Origin: Bacteroidota bacterium
Lineage (GTDB): Bacteria; Bacteroidota; Bacteroidia; UKL13-3
DNA: 64,000 nt
NCBI GenBank assembly: GCA_040387195.1
Contig: JAZKEF010000012.1
Coordinates: forward strand, 124,455-188,454
Direction of reading: 5' to 3'
Shown here in pieces: positions 61,927 to 64,000 of the stretch (position 1 is the stretch's first letter; every line of letters begins with the position of its first letter). The notes beneath the pieces were generated by a model that saw only the letters and a list, made by a program, of their open reading frames with translations, had not been told where the DNA came from and made no database searches. A program made the position numbers and the translations under genes.

Positions 61927-61931
61927 AACAC

Positions 61932-62858
61932 ATGAAAAAATTCAGTCAACGACATTTACTTGGAATTAAGGATCTCACCAGAGACGACATTGAATTGGTA
62001 TTTGAAACAGCCGATAATTTTAAGGCTATCATTAACCGACCGATTAAAAAAGTTCCATCGTTGCGCGATATAACGGTAGCCAATATTTTCTTCGAAAATT
62101 CCACCCGTACCCGTATTTCATTTGAGCTTGCACAAAAACGATTGAGCGCAGATATCGTTAATTTCTCTGCTTCTTCTTCATCGGTATCCAAAGGTGAAAC
62201 CTTAATAGATACCGTTAAAAACATACTGAGCATGAAAGTGGATATGGTGGTGATGCGCCACCCTGCTCCCGGTGCCTGCATTTTTCTTGCCAAGCATATT
62301 GATGCGCAAATCATCAATGCCGGTGACGGAACACACGAGCATCCTACGCAAGCATTATTGGACGCCTACTCCATCCGCGAGAAGCTGGGAAGTGTAATAG
62401 GAAAAAAGGTTGTGATTGTCGGAGATATCCTCCACTCACGGGTTGCTTTATCGAATATCTATTGCCTGCAAAAACTGGGGGCCGAAGTAATGGTGTGCGG
62501 ACCAACAACACTTATTCCAAAATACATTGAAAGTCTAGGTGTAAAAGTTGAACACGATTTGATGAAAGCACTGCAATGGTGCGATGTAGCCAATATGTTA
62601 CGCATACAACTCGAACGTCAGGATATCAAATATTTCCCATCACTGCGCGAATACAGCATGTTGTATGGACTCGACAAAACTCGTCTTGACAGTCTTGACA
62701 AAGAAATTGTCATCATGCATCCGGGCCCAATTAACCGCGGAGTTGAAATCACAAGCGATGTAGCCGATTCTAAAAATGCCATTATACTTGATCAGGTGGA
62801 GAATGGTGTAGCTACGAGAATGGCAGTGATGTATTTATTAGCAGGGCAACAATCGTAA
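61932..62858 (+). CDS. pyrB: Aspartate carbamoyltransferase catalytic subunit
   Basis: STRTR motif (ENSTRTRISFE); HPTQALLD; start at MKKFSQRHLLG. Confidence 0.9.
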   Translation: MKKFSQRHLLGIKDLTRDDIELVFETADNFKAIINRPIKKVPSLRDITVANIFFENSTRTRISFELAQKRLSADIVNFSASSSSVSKGETLIDTVKNILSMKVDMVVMRHPAPGACIFLAKHIDAQIINAGDGTHEHPTQALLDAYSIREKLGSVIGKKVVIVGDILHSRVALSNIYCLQKLGAEVMVCGPTTLIPKYIESLGVKVEHDLMKALQWCDVANMLRIQLERQDIKYFPSLREYSMLYGLDKTRLDSLDKEIVIMHPGPINRGVEITSDVADSKNAIILDQVENGVATRMAVMYLLAGQQS

Positions 62859-62890
62859 GTTAAGTTGACTGAAAGCTGCGGGTTGTCTTC

Positions 62891-62908
62891 GTCCGATAGC
62901 TATCGGAC
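62891..62908. repeat. Copy 4 of the palindrome family (GTCCGATAGCTATCGGAC), 33 nt after pyrB
   Basis: Read directly. Its outer bases differ from the other copies in a compensatory way, so the element stays palindromic. Confidence 0.8.
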
Positions 62909-63186
62909 AACTCAGCCACCCCTGCTCCTATTCCACATTTTCGTTGCCTATTGCTTACTTTCCCTTTGCCTACTTCTTCCTTTGTGCATTTCCTCTTCTA
63001 TTATTTTTTGTTCCGATAGCTTCGGTTACGTCTACAAATTTGTGATAACTGCTCAAAATTAGTAACCCCACAATTCAATTTATAGTCTTCATTCATTTTC
63101 ATTTTTTTGAACTCCCCTTGTACGAATGTAAAATCCGACTTGTCATTTTCATCATTAATCGTATATTTGCGATATATATTTAAGGC

Positions 63187-63525
63187 GTGGCTATCAACAA
63201 AAAGGGTGAATTTTTAACTGATGAAATCAGTTTGTCGGATTTTGCACGCACACTCGGACATCCGGCACGTATTGCCATATTAAAAACACTGGCCGAACGA
63301 GAAGAATGTATCTGTGGCGAAATTGTAGAAGTACTTCCACTCGCGCAATCAACCGTTTCGCAGCACCTCAAAGAATTAAAAAATATGGGATTGATTCAAG
63401 GAACACTAAACGGACCCAAATCCTGCTACTGCATCAATTGGGAAGTACTGGAACAATATATGGCAGACTTTAACAAAATGACCAACGATTTAATGGCTCT
63501 GCGGCCCGCTAATACCTGTTGCTGA
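63187..63525 (+). CDS. arsR: ArsR/SmtB-family metalloregulator
   Basis: HTH (LSDFARTLGHPARIAILKTL); metal-site cysteines (CICGE; C-terminal CC). Confidence 0.8.
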   Translation: MAINKKGEFLTDEISLSDFARTLGHPARIAILKTLAEREECICGEIVEVLPLAQSTVSQHLKELKNMGLIQGTLNGPKSCYCINWEVLEQYMADFNKMTNDLMALRPANTCC

Positions 63526-63607
63526 TTGGCTTTGTGTGGTTAGCTCCCCAATTATCAATCAACCCATTCATCATTGATAAACATATTCACTTTTATAACC
63601 GAATAGC

Positions 63608-64000
63608 ATGAAATTATCTGACATCAAAAAAATACTTCCTTCATTAAATGAACTACAATTCAAACTACCGAATGGGACAACCATTCCTGCACACTTCCAT
63701 GTTACTGAAGTAGGAATGGTTACCAAGAACTTTATCGATTGTGGAGGAACTGTTCGTGAAGAAAAAGTTGTAAGTTTTCAGTTATGGGAAGCCAATGATT
63801 TTGACCATCGTTTGGCTCCACAAAAACTATTCAATATTATTCAACTTTCTGAGAGAGTATTGGGTATTGAAGACAATGAGGTTGAAGTAGAATACCAGTC
63901 GGATACAATTGGAAAATATGGATTGCATTTTAATGGAAACAACTTCGAGCTTACCTCAAAAATGACCAACTGCTTAGCCACTGATAAATGTGGAATTCCA
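63608..64000 (+). CDS. Hypothetical protein downstream of arsR, partial at the window end
   Basis: ORF with a start at 63608 that runs off the window; not in the ORF track because it has no stop. Confidence 0.35.
   Translation, partial: MKLSDIKKILPSLNELQFKLPNGTTIPAHFHVTEVGMVTKNFIDCGGTVREEKVVSFQLWEANDFDHRLAPQKLFNIIQLSERVLGIEDNEVEVEYQSDTIGKYGLHFNGNNFELTSKMTNCLATDKCGIP

Noticed and set aside
61701-61931. Bacillus-type PyrR RNA binding loop / attenuator
   Set aside because: No UCCAGAGAGGCU-like sequence and no terminator hairpin with a U-tract was found in the pyrR-pyrB spacer.
62865-63062. 65-aa plus-strand ORF (LLLFHIFVAYCLLSLCLLLPLCISS...)
   Set aside because: Low-complexity translation of a pyrimidine-rich intergenic tract that contains the palindrome copies.
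1-64000. CRISPR arrays, IS transposases, integrases, rRNA
   Set aside because: Scanned for regularly spaced direct repeats and for DDE or tyrosine-recombinase-like ORFs. None found. The only tRNA found is tRNA-Asp at 37592-37665.

Overview
This 64 kb window looks like a Bacteroidota (Bacteroidetes) chromosomal segment of about 42% GC. Features pointing to Bacteroidota are TAnnTTTG-type -7 promoter boxes, a T9SS cargo protein with a YPNP-type C-terminal domain, an XrtF exosortase locus, an N-succinyl-type arginine operon and a LexA-like repressor built from an XRE HTH plus an S24 peptidase. Coding is dense. Positions 1-13475 are the secY-to-rpsL ribosomal protein supercluster on the minus strand, 25 genes including a short rpmD absent from the ORF track, plus fusA. 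Then come a beta-lactamase-family serine hydrolase, miaE, a beta-barrel outer membrane protein (OMP) and queG. A complete arginine operon follows (GNAT-argG-argC-argD-argF'-argB-argE-argH), then slyD. The next block is an SOS-type damage-response island: dnaE2 and a dinB-like polymerase are divergent from a lexA-like repressor, an ORF6N protein and a PA0069/SplB-type radical SAM gene. After that come acs, accA, tRNA-Asp, doxX and a 1730-aa T9SS beta-helix protein paired with a divergent helical protein. A LuxR-type two-component operon follows, upstream of an array of TTGGTA palindromes. A small low-coding islet with a zincless HNH protein precedes plsC, whose 3' end abuts a MITE-like element of about 360 bp. 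The rest is lolE, a DUF1343/NamZ-like gene, a CcmB-like gene, fmt, an XrtF exosortase locus with a 62-aa candidate cargo and an HTTM protein, rpsA, a translationally coupled EVE/zeta-like ATPase/small-ORF/pyrR operon followed by pyrB, and arsR with a partial downstream gene. A conserved 16-18 bp perfect palindrome (TCCCGATAGCTATCGGGA) recurs in at least four intergenic sites. No CRISPR array, IS transposase or integrase was seen. All calls come from reading the translations and sequence by eye; no database search was run.
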